A DNA stretch of 64,000 nt from an uncultured Candidatus Saccharibacteria bacterium (GTDB lineage Bacteria > Patescibacteriota > Minisyncoccia > UBA6257 > 2-01-FULL-56-20): positions 498,496-562,495 of the forward strand of contig OZ246418.1 in the NCBI GenBank assembly GCA_965231155.1, given 5' to 3'. Numbering within the stretch: the first letter of the stretch is position 1; every line of letters starts with the position of its first letter. The translations under genes were made by a program, and so were the position numbers. The notes beneath the pieces were generated by a model. The model had not been told where the DNA came from and made no database searches. It saw only the letters and a list, made by a program, of their open reading frames with translations. Below, one piece after another: positions 38,248-46,668 of the stretch.

Positions 38248-38995
38248 AGAGCAGATAGAAGATATGGCGGTGGCGGGTCGGGAGCTTGGACGGATTCTGC
38301 AAGAGCTTCGAGTTATGGTTCGACCCGGATTATCTACTCAATTTTTTGAGGATGAGAGTCGTCGTCTGATTCGAGAGTCTGGTATGGAGCCAGCATTTCT
38401 TGGATATCAGCCAACTGGAGCGGCAGTGCCTTATCCAGCCGTACTGTGTATCGGCGTGAATGATGCGGTTGTACATACCACGCCATCGCGAGATCTCATT
38501 GTAAAAGAAGGTGATCTTCTCAAGCTTGACCTTGGGTTACGATACAAGGGATTGTGTGTCGATTCAGCGATTACGGTGGGGGTGGGTTCGATTGGTGTTG
38601 AAGCACAGCGTTTGATTGAGGTGACCGAAGAAGCGTTACGTCAGGCGATTCAGGTGGCGGTCGTAGGGAAGACGTTGGGAGATATTGGATACACTGTTGA
38701 ATCTTTCGTCGCTAGTGCTGGTTTTTCCGTCGTTCGCGATCTGACAGGACATGGCATTGGAGAAGTATTACACGAAGAGCCATCAGTATTTAATTTTGGT
38801 AAGCCAGGTCGGGGAATGGCTTTGCAGTCTGGAATGGTGATTGCCATAGAGCCGATTACCGCTGTTGGAAATGGACGGATTCGACAAGTCGCAGATGATA
38901 GCTATGTGACAACTGATAAGTCTTTGTCAGCTCATTTTGAGCATACGATCGCTATCACTGAAGGTGGGCCTCGTGTACTGACCGCCCCTTTTTAG
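38228..38995 (+). CDS. map: methionine aminopeptidase type I
   Basis: ORF track gives 38189. The ATG at 38228 (MPILKSKEQIEDMAVAGR...) overlaps the adk 3' end by 20 nt. MetAP metal-ligand blocks are present: VHTTPS, DLKLDLG...DSAITV, TGHGIGEVLHEEP, AIEPI, EHTIAIT. Confidence 0.85.
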   Translation: MPILKSKEQIEDMAVAGRELGRILQELRVMVRPGLSTQFFEDESRRLIRESGMEPAFLGYQPTGAAVPYPAVLCIGVNDAVVHTTPSRDLIVKEGDLLKLDLGLRYKGLCVDSAITVGVGSIGVEAQRLIEVTEEALRQAIQVAVVGKTLGDIGYTVESFVASAGFSVVRDLTGHGIGEVLHEEPSVFNFGKPGRGMALQSGMVIAIEPITAVGNGRIRQVADDSYVTTDKSLSAHFEHTIAITEGGPRVLTAPF

Positions 38996-39028
38996 GCTAA
39001 GTTGTTTTATAATGATAGGTACATACAG

Positions 39029-39754
39029 ATGTCTCACGAGCCACCTCTTTTATCTTTTGTTTTGCCGGTTCGCGATCAGTGTCGAGAACTGACACTTTTT
39101 ATTTTTAGTTTTTATCGTCACTTTGAATCTCGGAATGAAAGTTTTGAGCTTATCGTTATAGACGATGGCTCAAGGGATCAGACTTCTTTTGTAGTTGAGC
39201 GCTTGGCCCGTCAGTTTAAAACGATCAGCTTGATTACGCACCAACGACCGACTGGCTTAGGCGTAGCAGCTCGGGAGGGAATTTTAAAGAGTCGTGGTTC
39301 ACGGATTGTATTATTGCGTCCAAGCTTCTCTTTTCAGGTGCTTGATCAGTTATTAGAAGCTTCTCATTACCAGTCATTTTCTGGAGTGATACTTGGCCGT
39401 ATCTCGCCCTATTCCTCGCTTTGGCCACTGGCACTTTTCTTCCTGTACTCTTGGAAATTGTTTGATTGGCTTTTCAGGATGATTGTTCCGGGAGGCGTTT
39501 CGGCACGTTTCAGTCCGATTATCTTTTCTCGATCAGTTGGCGAGGAGGTAGCACGAGCCGGGCGGATAGCCCATGGAGGTTTTCAGTTTGAACTTATTTT
39601 CCTGGCCAGTCGTCGTCGAAGGGAAGTGACGCTAGTTCCTCTGACACAACCATTTCTAGTAGAGGCGTTGCCATTCTTTTACTTTTTAACAGTTACCAAG
39701 GAGCTTCTCCGAACTTATTTTCGTGAGTGGCGCCAACCGAAAGCGACTACGTAA
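39029..39754 (+). CDS. family 2 glycosyltransferase (DPM1/GtrB-like)
   Basis: ORF track starts at a TTG at 39002. The first in-frame ATG is at 39029 (MSHEPPLLSFVLPVRDQ...). The FELIVIDDGSRDQT DxD-type motif places it in family 2. Confidence 0.55.
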   Translation: MSHEPPLLSFVLPVRDQCRELTLFIFSFYRHFESRNESFELIVIDDGSRDQTSFVVERLARQFKTISLITHQRPTGLGVAAREGILKSRGSRIVLLRPSFSFQVLDQLLEASHYQSFSGVILGRISPYSSLWPLALFFLYSWKLFDWLFRMIVPGGVSARFSPIIFSRSVGEEVARAGRIAHGGFQFELIFLASRRRREVTLVPLTQPFLVEALPFFYFLTVTKELLRTYFREWRQPKATT

Positions 39755-39758
39755 TTTC

Positions 39759-40829
39759 ATGACGAAGCATCAAAAATCTTTTTTGACAGTAGATAGTTTT
39801 CCTGAGTTTGATGATCACGAAGAGATTGTTTTCTTCGCAGATAGAAAGACTGGTTTGCGGAGTTTTGTGTTTATTCATAGCACGGCACTTGGTCCCGCGA
39901 CGGGAGGAACCAGATATTTTAGCTATCGGACAGAAGCTGAGGCGCTGAGGGATGGTTTGCGTCTCTCGCGAGCGATGACCTATAAATGTGCTCTGGCCGA
40001 CGTTCCTTTTGGTGGTGGTAAAGGGGTGATCATTGCTGATTCTCGTGGGGTAAAATCCAAACAACTCATTCAATCGTATGCTCGTTATATTGATACTCTG
40101 AATGGTCGATATTCGACCGGTGAGGATGTCGGGTTGACTGAACATGATGTCAAAATCATGGAGGAGGTGACGCCTCATATTAACGGTCCCTCCAAGGTGG
40201 GGGATTTGAGTCCTTGGGCGGCTCTTGGTGTCTTCTCGGCGATGAAGGCAGGTTTACGAGAGGCATTTGGCTCCACTTCTTTTACTGGTCGAACGTTTGC
40301 TATTAAGGGCATAGGAAAAGTGGGTTCTCATCTTTTGGACCTTATTTATAATAGCGGAGGTATAGTTTCTATTGCTGATCTTGATACAACTAAGGTCAAT
40401 AAGCTTGCGAAAAGATACAAAGGAGTGCAGATAGTTCCTCCGCAAAATATTCATCGACAGAAGGTTGATGTGTATGCGCCATGTGCAATGGGGGATGAGT
40501 TTTCCACAAAGACGGTTTCCCAGTTGCGTTGTCGGGTTGTTTGCGGAGGAGCGAATAACCAGTTGGTTTCCATGGAAATTGGCGAGAGTCTTCATCGGAA
40601 AAATATTTTGTATATCCCTGATTATGTAGCCAATGCGGGAGGGCTTATTAATGCCGTGGCCCACCTGATGCCTGGTGGCTATAAAAAAGACTGGGTGGAA
40701 ATGAAGGTGAGGGCCATAGAGAAAATGACGACCTCGTTGATTCAATCTTCGAATCGAACCCATACACCAATGAATCGAGTGGCTGATACCCTGGCCCAGA
40801 AGATTGTTCAACGTAAGAAGAGGAGATAG
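39759..40829 (+). CDS. Glu/Leu/Phe/Val dehydrogenase-family amino-acid dehydrogenase (leucine-dehydrogenase-like size)
   Basis: ORF track gives 39723. The likely start is the ATG at 39759 (MTKHQKSF...). Catalytic ADVPFGGGKGVI motif, GIGKVGSHL NAD-binding Rossmann motif and VCGGANNQ are present. About 356 aa. Confidence 0.7.
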   Translation: MTKHQKSFLTVDSFPEFDDHEEIVFFADRKTGLRSFVFIHSTALGPATGGTRYFSYRTEAEALRDGLRLSRAMTYKCALADVPFGGGKGVIIADSRGVKSKQLIQSYARYIDTLNGRYSTGEDVGLTEHDVKIMEEVTPHINGPSKVGDLSPWAALGVFSAMKAGLREAFGSTSFTGRTFAIKGIGKVGSHLLDLIYNSGGIVSIADLDTTKVNKLAKRYKGVQIVPPQNIHRQKVDVYAPCAMGDEFSTKTVSQLRCRVVCGGANNQLVSMEIGESLHRKNILYIPDYVANAGGLINAVAHLMPGGYKKDWVEMKVRAIEKMTTSLIQSSNRTHTPMNRVADTLAQKIVQRKKRR

Positions 40830-40905
40830 TTGTTTTCTCAGTTTTATTTCTATGCAATGCTTGAAGGTAGAAAAATGCCTATTTTGAATATTACTTGTCC
40901 ACAGA

Positions 40906-40932
40906 TACTGTTGTCAACTATTGACAACAGTA
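40906..40932. promoter_or_regulatory. perfect 12-bp inverted repeat (tactgttgtcaa-cta-ttgacaacagta), candidate operator
   Basis: Exact palindrome with 3-nt spacer in the 200-nt spacer upstream of the 41030/41764 surface-protein genes. No U-tract follows, so it is not an intrinsic terminator. Confidence 0.3.
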
Positions 40933-41029
40933 GTAGGTACTCTAATCTAATACCAGGCACTTCGATAACTTCATATGAGTGAAGATAAGGAAGTGATACA
41001 ATCAAACCTAAGGAAGGAGAATTCGAACA

Positions 41030-41698
41030 ATGGGACAACACGAGAAGCAGAAACGATTTATTTTGATAGGTGTGCTGTCGTGCGCCTTGGTTCTTTGGGG
41101 AGCTATCTGGTATTTTGGGGCGTTCCCTCAGCTGGGGTCCCAAGAACAGGAGGTCTATCCAGAGTTAGTGGTGATCAATGAGGTTAGAGGTCCTCAACCA
41201 GGGGATCCCAGACCGAAACCACTTCCGGTGTTGCCGTTTGAGATTGACTGGCCGGCTTCGAGTACGATTGATCGAGAACTTTTCAGCTCTTTTTCTGAAG
41301 AGACTCGTCAAATGATAAGAAAATCTTCGGCACCGGTGCTATTACCTAGCACACCCAGGGCGCCTACTTCAACGCAGATTTCTTCTTTTGTGGGTGGTTA
41401 TGTTTTTGCTATAGACTACCCAGATATTCCGATTATTTCTCGTGTGATCAGTTCGGGTGAGGGTGGCGGAAAGGCACCGTCTACTCCATCTCCTTACATG
41501 CCTGACAGAATCAGGGGGTTACCGGCAGACATCGGAGAAACAGAAGGAGGTTGGTATGCAAACTGGAATGAATTCGGCGCTGCTTACTACCTCGAGATCC
41601 GTTGCTTCCGAGTGCCCAGAGACCCTCGATGCAGGAGCGATCAGTATCTTCGTTCTATCGTAGAGAATCTCCATTATGTTGGAGGGAAAGGAGAGTAG
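41030..41698 (+). CDS. hypothetical membrane-anchored protein (222 aa)
   Basis: N-terminal signal anchor (FILIGVLSCALVLWGAIWYF), then a Pro-rich linker and an uncharacterised domain. Immediately upstream of the giant peptidase gene. Confidence 0.45.
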   Translation: MGQHEKQKRFILIGVLSCALVLWGAIWYFGAFPQLGSQEQEVYPELVVINEVRGPQPGDPRPKPLPVLPFEIDWPASSTIDRELFSSFSEETRQMIRKSSAPVLLPSTPRAPTSTQISSFVGGYVFAIDYPDIPIISRVISSGEGGGKAPSTPSPYMPDRIRGLPADIGETEGGWYANWNEFGAAYYLEIRCFRVPRDPRCRSDQYLRSIVENLHYVGGKGE

Positions 41699-41763
41699 AA
41701 AATCTGGGGATTGATAGTAATTGTTTTTTCAACGCAACCCACAACCAGAGGAAGGAGTGAAGG

Positions 41764-44700
41764 ATGAACTTACAAAAGAAAGGAGGATTCCTCCTCCTGA
41801 TTTTTTTCGTTATTTGGTCGATTCCGGTCGAAGCAGAGTATTTTTCTTATGCATCTCCAGGGGATCTTATTCCTCAGAGCGGTGTAGGAAAAGTCGATTT
41901 TACTGTCCATGCACCGGGAATTCGTTTTCCGGTGGAGTTTGGACCGGTCTACGCTAACTCTCAAGTATGGCGGCCTGGTGGATATAGATATGGAGGAGGG
42001 AGTCCTAGTGATCCTTCCAACTTCAAGTATCCTTGGCAGGACAACTTTTGTGAGACCAGGGGAAGAGATTGGTCTACCCCCGAGTGTCCTAATCAGGATG
42101 GAGGGCATCACCAGGGTCAGGATAACCGTCCACCGACATATGTCGATAAGACTTACTGGGCGGTGGCCACCGCAGATGGGACTATTTCGTATGGTGCCAA
42201 CGACTATGTGGTTACCCTGACAACTCCTGGTAACAGTTCTGATAGTATAACTTATCGTTATATGCACCTTGATCCTTCAAGTATTGTAGTTGCAAACAAT
42301 GCCGTTGTGAGAAAGGGAGATCGGATAGGGAAGATATCAAATTGGTTTGGTGGGGAGTTAACAACTATCCACCTCCATTTCGATATCCAGAAGTTTGTCC
42401 CTTCAATAGGGAGAACTACTTGGGTATCTCCCTATATGTCCCTGGTGCGTTCATACGAGAGTTTGATTGGCTATCAGGGGTACACCATTAACACGTCCGT
42501 CAAGGTGACGGGTATAGGCACGGGCTTTTTGCCTGTCTATGGTTCGAGTGCCTGCGGATCGGTTATCGGTTACCGAGGGGAGACTTCGGTTGCTGTTGTT
42601 CTCGATGGTCCAGTCACCTGTGGCGGAGAAGTCCGCTGGAGAGTACGTTTTACGGACTGTCTTGAAGGATGGGTAAGCGGTGAGTGGCTTAAAGCTACTA
42701 ATTGCTTAGGAGCTCTTGTGAATCCAAGAGATGGAGCTTCGGTTAGTTTTCCGGCGCAGTTTACGAGTGGTTGGTCTGGGGATTGTCGTAATGCTACGTT
42801 GGCCTTCTCAAACGGCCAACAAGAAGTGGGATTTCCGATCCCTTCGTTCTACGATCAAACGATTTCGGAAAACTACTGGAATCAGAGTATCGTTCCTGTT
42901 ATTGGAAATGGTCCAACCTACAACTGGTCAGTTGGAGAGAACTTTTGCGGGAGTTTTTTTCCTAGAACTTCCTGGCAGAATTTTCAAAAGGTGTCTAGTT
43001 GTGTGTCTTTGGCAGCGCGGAGTGGTGGATTCGCCCGAGCGGCTAATCAGTGTGGTGGTGCAACGCCGACCTCGACGCCTATTCCGGCTATGACTTTCAC
43101 GCCAACGAGGACGTGGACGCCATTGCCTGGAGGATACTCACCAACACCAGTTCCGAGTCTGACTCAGATTCGGACGCCAACTAATACGCCATTTCCGACA
43201 CCGCCGCCAACGGCAACATCGCTTCCAGGCACACCAACGCCAACTGCCGGCTCGTTGATCTTTGTCGATAATTTCAATCGTCCAGATTCGACGGTGGCAG
43301 GGAACGGATGGAGTAATGTACATCCCTCGATTTTCGTGCAGGGGAATCGATTGGTTGGTTCGGGAATTATTACTCGCGACCTACCATTTAATTTTCCTAT
43401 TCGTATTAGGGGGCGTTTGATCGGTGGTGGTTGTGGTACAGCAGGAGGAGTGAGTGATCATTTCGATCATGAACTCAAGCTTTTTACCGACCAGTATGGT
43501 TCTGGCGGTTATGGACTGTACTTCTTCCGTCCTGATGAAACCCAGTTCAATTCCCAGATTGCTCTTCTTGATGGGAACATTATCACAGATCGAGTCTACT
43601 CTTTTCCACAGTTTGCGAATGGAGTGGATATCGATTTTTCAGTGTTCTCTGATGGAAGTGTTCGGGGTGTAGCAGGTAGTCAGGGCATAGACTTTCCTTT
43701 TGTATTTCCAGCAAGGGAGATGCAAAAGAGAGGTAATTTTTTTATGCTCCGGCTTCACTGGAACTGTCCCGAGAGATTTCTTGCTTGGGATGATTTAGTG
43801 GTAGAGGCAGTTGCTTTGCCAACTCCGTCTCCGGCTTGGAGTAGTGTGGCGACTATGACGGCAACTTGGACATCGGTGATGACTCCTACCAGCACATCTT
43901 TACCGACTATGACACCCACGGTGAGTTTCTTGCCAACAGTCACGCCGACGATGGTCAAAGGTGACTGTTGCACGGTTCACGATTCTCCGGGGTGTAATGT
44001 CCCAAGTTGTGAGGATTGGGTAAACTCTGTGATTAATCCGGGTGGGACTTCCATTTGTTTTCAGGTGGACGCATTAAATCCGGATTGGCGGGTGAGTTGC
44101 GTGAATGCTGCATTCCGTAATCCTCAGGCTTGTCCTTGTGCTCCGACATTCGCGCCAACTGCAACGACAACCTCAACGAGGACGCCGACGGAAACACCGG
44201 GAGGTGGTTGTTATCAGGTTCACGTTGGATCAGGGTGTGATGACGAGGAGTGTGAGGTAAAAGTGTGCGAAGCTGATTTTTCTTGTTGTGGTGGCGGTTC
44301 TAGTCCTCGTGGCTGGGATCAGTCGTGCGTGAATGCGGCAAACTTTTTTTGTAGGCCGACAAGCACGCCAACAGCGACAGCCACTGCATCTGTTACCGCG
44401 ACAGCAACAGCAACGGTGACTCTGACGCCGATTATTCTGCCAACGCCGACAGCTACAGAGATATCCTTAGAGATCCCTCTGTGTTCTTTTGAGCCGTTGG
44501 TTCATTGTATGGTTTTTGACCAGGCATCTCTTCGGATCAGAGAAACACGTGTGGGTATGAAAACCCTGTGGAGAGGTTCTCGTTATGGCGAAGGAGAGTC
44601 TCAGTCCCTTGGGAATCCTCTGTCTTCCACCAACTACGCCATCTGTCTTTATCAAGGAGAGTCTACATCTCTGGCTCTCGGTGGGACGGTTGAAGCTGGT

Positions 44701-44985
44701 CAGGGGTGGCGATTGCAGGGGAGTGGGTTCTCTTACTCATCTGATCTTAATCAGATGAAGCTGAGAATCTCCCTGAGTCATCACGTTCTCTCGGATCATT
44801 TCCTTGTTCGTCTTCGTGATCGAGAGGATCGAGTGGAGATTGATTCTGTGACTCCTCTTATCTTCCAGATTCAGAACTCCGAAGGAAGGTGTTGGAGTAG
44901 TACGTTCCAACCGCCTTTTCGGACGAGTGGTTCGTCAAAAACATCGGCTCTTTGTGAGACAAGAACGAGCCCTTGCTCTCCTTAG
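41764..44985 (+). CDS. giant secreted peptidoglycan hydrolase-like protein: N-terminal M23 (LytM) peptidase domain, SH3b-like domain, P/T linkers and two Cys-rich repeat modules
   Basis: Signal peptide. M23 pattern GGHHQGQDN...ADGTISYG...YRYMHL...VRKGDRIGKIS...TIHLHFDIQ (HxxxD ... HxH). YTINTSVKVTG...VIGYRGETSVAVVLDG...VRWRVRF...GWVSGEWL resembles a bacterial SH3 fold. Long TPTPT linkers and two related Cys-rich modules follow (around nt 43970-44160 and 44200-44350). Strong RBS (ggaaggagtgaagg) before the ATG. Confidence 0.5.
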   Translation: MNLQKKGGFLLLIFFVIWSIPVEAEYFSYASPGDLIPQSGVGKVDFTVHAPGIRFPVEFGPVYANSQVWRPGGYRYGGGSPSDPSNFKYPWQDNFCETRGRDWSTPECPNQDGGHHQGQDNRPPTYVDKTYWAVATADGTISYGANDYVVTLTTPGNSSDSITYRYMHLDPSSIVVANNAVVRKGDRIGKISNWFGGELTTIHLHFDIQKFVPSIGRTTWVSPYMSLVRSYESLIGYQGYTINTSVKVTGIGTGFLPVYGSSACGSVIGYRGETSVAVVLDGPVTCGGEVRWRVRFTDCLEGWVSGEWLKATNCLGALVNPRDGASVSFPAQFTSGWSGDCRNATLAFSNGQQEVGFPIPSFYDQTISENYWNQSIVPVIGNGPTYNWSVGENFCGSFFPRTSWQNFQKVSSCVSLAARSGGFARAANQCGGATPTSTPIPAMTFTPTRTWTPLPGGYSPTPVPSLTQIRTPTNTPFPTPPPTATSLPGTPTPTAGSLIFVDNFNRPDSTVAGNGWSNVHPSIFVQGNRLVGSGIITRDLPFNFPIRIRGRLIGGGCGTAGGVSDHFDHELKLFTDQYGSGGYGLYFFRPDETQFNSQIALLDGNIITDRVYSFPQFANGVDIDFSVFSDGSVRGVAGSQGIDFPFVFPAREMQKRGNFFMLRLHWNCPERFLAWDDLVVEAVALPTPSPAWSSVATMTATWTSVMTPTSTSLPTMTPTVSFLPTVTPTMVKGDCCTVHDSPGCNVPSCEDWVNSVINPGGTSICFQVDALNPDWRVSCVNAAFRNPQACPCAPTFAPTATTTSTRTPTETPGGGCYQVHVGSGCDDEECEVKVCEADFSCCGGGSSPRGWDQSCVNAANFFCRPTSTPTATATASVTATATATVTLTPIILPTPTATEISLEIPLCSFEPLVHCMVFDQASLRIRETRVGMKTLWRGSRYGEGESQSLGNPLSSTNYAICLYQGESTSLALGGTVEAGQGWRLQGSGFSYSSDLNQMKLRISLSHHVLSDHFLVRLRDREDRVEIDSVTPLIFQIQNSEGRCWSSTFQPPFRTSGSSKTSALCETRTSPCSP

Positions 44986-44988
44986 TGT

Positions 44989-45017
44989 ACACCTAGATTT
45001 TTTCTAGGTGTTTTTTT
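44989..45017 (+). terminator. rho-independent terminator
   Basis: acacctag-attttttt-ctaggtgt hairpin followed by ttttttt. Confidence 0.7.
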
Positions 45018-45132
45018 ATCTACTATTGACTAATTATGTTTAATATATTATAAACAAAACCAGCAAGCTCTGGAGGTCTGACTAGTCCGTGAGGGCCAGA
45101 AAGACAGGAGCTAATAATGAGGAGGGTGTCTT

Positions 45133-45579
45133 ATGACACGCATGATGGTTTGGATGGGGGCGTTGGTCGCCCTAGTGGTCTCGCTGGTTGGCTGTGGTCA
45201 ACCGCCTGCCGCGAAGCAGGCCGAAGATTTCAGCTTCCTCGATCGAACCTGGGGGGACGAAGAACAGGTCGAGCCGGACGGGATGCCGTTGGTAAGGCCG
45301 GCGATCTACAAGCCAGCTACCAAGAATCCGGCGGCGGGAGTTCGGAAGACGGTTCCCGCAGCGGAGACGTCGAACGAGTCCTGTGCTGAGTTTTTCCGCG
45401 TTGCCGGGAGGTTCGAACTCCCGGTCTATCTCGGCTTTGGTGCTCGTCCGGCCTACCGGACGACGCTTGCCGAAGCCAAACGGTTGGCGACCACCGTCGG
45501 AGCGCCACCCATGTTTATCCCGATCGGAGATGGGCACGGGGCGTTTCTGTGTTTCCCACCGGAAACCAAAGACGGGTAA
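45133..45579 (+). CDS. hypothetical lipoprotein (148 aa) in a compositionally foreign, high-GC segment
   Basis: Lipobox LVGC after a hydrophobic signal (MTRMMVWMGALVALVVSLVGCGQ). Local GC is around 60% against about 44% background; several overlapping ORFs in other frames are high-GC artefacts. Confidence 0.4.
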   Translation: MTRMMVWMGALVALVVSLVGCGQPPAAKQAEDFSFLDRTWGDEEQVEPDGMPLVRPAIYKPATKNPAAGVRKTVPAAETSNESCAEFFRVAGRFELPVYLGFGARPAYRTTLAEAKRLATTVGAPPMFIPIGDGHGAFLCFPPETKDG

Positions 45580-45628
45580 TGTCCTACAAAGGAGATGAGA
45601 GACTCCTCGAAAAAAAACTTCTCTCTCA

Positions 45629-45667
45629 GGACCCAACAGCATCTCGCTGTCTGGGTCCTTTTTCTTT
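45629..45667 (+). terminator. rho-independent terminator
   Basis: ggaccca-N16-tgggtcc hairpin followed by tttttcttt. Confidence 0.6.
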
Positions 45668-45674
45668 ATTATGG

Positions 45675-45703
45675 CATGCGGTTATTTGACACTAGGTGTA
45701 ATA
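45675..45703 (+). promoter_or_regulatory. sigma70-like promoter for rnpB (TTGACA-N17-AATAAT)
   Basis: TTGACA at 45675-45680, 17-nt spacer, AATAAT at 45698-45703. The predicted transcription start around 45710 coincides with the RNase P RNA P1 5' strand. Confidence 0.5.
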
Positions 45704-45709
45704 AATGAA

Positions 45710-46122
45710 ATAATAATTCAGGTCATTTAGACGACTACTCTTTGATTAAGAAATTAATTGAGGGGAGGAAAGTCGGGACACTCACTTGTTTCTCTTAAGA
45801 ACGATTAATCCTTAAGAGAGGTAAGTTAAAAAAGTAGCGGCTAACAGCCGTCATCCGCAAGGATCGAGGTGCGAGCAGAGACGTCTCTTTTCGAAAGGAG
45901 AGAGACTTCCATTCGGCTTGCTGAATGGAAGAGCTCTGATAGTAATATCGGAGGTGAAACGGCTAAATCCTTACTGAGTGCAAGGTCGTGTTCCCGCCTT
46001 TGGCGGGGAAGTGCCGCTCGAGCCTGGAAGTAATTTCAGGCCCAGATAAATGGTCGTCGTCCCGACTGCGTCGTTATTTACGAATGTTGTCGGGAGCACA
46101 GAATCCCGCTTATCGAATGACC
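45710..46122 (+). ncRNA. rnpB: RNase P RNA (bacterial type A-like)
   Basis: P4 5' strand GAGGGGAGGAAAGUCGGGACAC (consensus GAGGAAAGUCCGGGCUCC) and P4 3' strand CACAGAAUCCCGCUUAUCG (consensus ACAGAACCCGGCUUAUCG) co-vary, CGGGA pairing UCCCG. GGAGGUGAAACGGC matches the P10-P12 GGUGAAA region. P1 forms as GGTCATT (45710-45716) pairing AATGACC (46116-46122). An intrinsic terminator follows (46129-46152). Confidence 0.75.
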
Positions 46123-46128
46123 AAAAAA

Positions 46129-46152
46129 ACTCCACCGTAAGGCGGAGTTTTT
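46129..46152 (+). terminator. rho-independent terminator after rnpB
   Basis: actccaccg-taa-ggcggagttttt. Confidence 0.55.
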
Positions 46153-46171
46153 GTATCTTCGAAATTTCTTA

Positions 46172-46645
46172 TTAACTACGAATTTCTCCGTTTACTCGCT
46201 CAGAGACATTCAGACGGCGCATTAGATAGAGGACTCCAGCCAGAAGGACGGTGGCGGTCGCGGCAACTTCGATTAATCCCAGTCCGCAAAGGATACCAAT
46301 GGCAGCGGTCGTCCAGACAAAGGCGGCAGTGGTCAGTCCGTGAACGTGTTCGGTGGTTTTAATGATGATGCCAGCTCCGAGAAAACCGATACCAACAACG
46401 ATATTGCCAATGATACTAAGGAAGCCAGCGTTGGAAATCATCATCGCTTGAGCTAGTTCTGGAGTTGGTAAGAGAACATAAGGAATACTCAACGCTACCA
46501 GAGTGAAAAGGGCTGATCCACCGGAGACCAACATTTCCGTTCTGATGCCCGCTTCTTTGCCGGAGAGTTCTCGTTCGAGTCCCATTAATGATCCAAGAAT
46601 CATGGCTACTGCCAATCGTGCAATAATTTGTGAAAAAGTAAGCAT
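46172..46645 (-). CDS. MgtC/SapB-family membrane protein (N-terminal MgtC domain only)
   Basis: ORF track extends to 46849. The family N-terminus MLTFSQIIARLAVAMILGSLMGLERELSGKEAGIRT begins at the ATG 46645..46643. 157 aa, 4-5 TM segments. Confidence 0.6.
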   Translation of the reverse strand: MLTFSQIIARLAVAMILGSLMGLERELSGKEAGIRTEMLVSGGSALFTLVALSIPYVLLPTPELAQAMMISNAGFLSIIGNIVVGIGFLGAGIIIKTTEHVHGLTTAAFVWTTAAIGILCGLGLIEVAATATVLLAGVLYLMRRLNVSERVNGEIRS

Positions 46646-46668
46646 TGATTTAGTATAGTATAACATAA

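Noticed and set aside
40906-40932. Assigning the palindrome as a LexA/SOS box
   Set aside because: CTGT and ACAG are separated by 15 nt rather than 8, and it does not match the Gram-positive CGAACnnnnGTTCG box. Kept only as a generic operator candidate.
45117-45642. Overlapping ORFs 45117..45389(+), 45172..45642(-), 45317..45508(-) and 45383..45598(+) in the high-GC patch
   Set aside because: All lie within or antisense to the 45133..45579 lipoprotein ORF. High GC suppresses stop codons in every frame, and only the lipobox-containing frame has a signal peptide and sensible composition.
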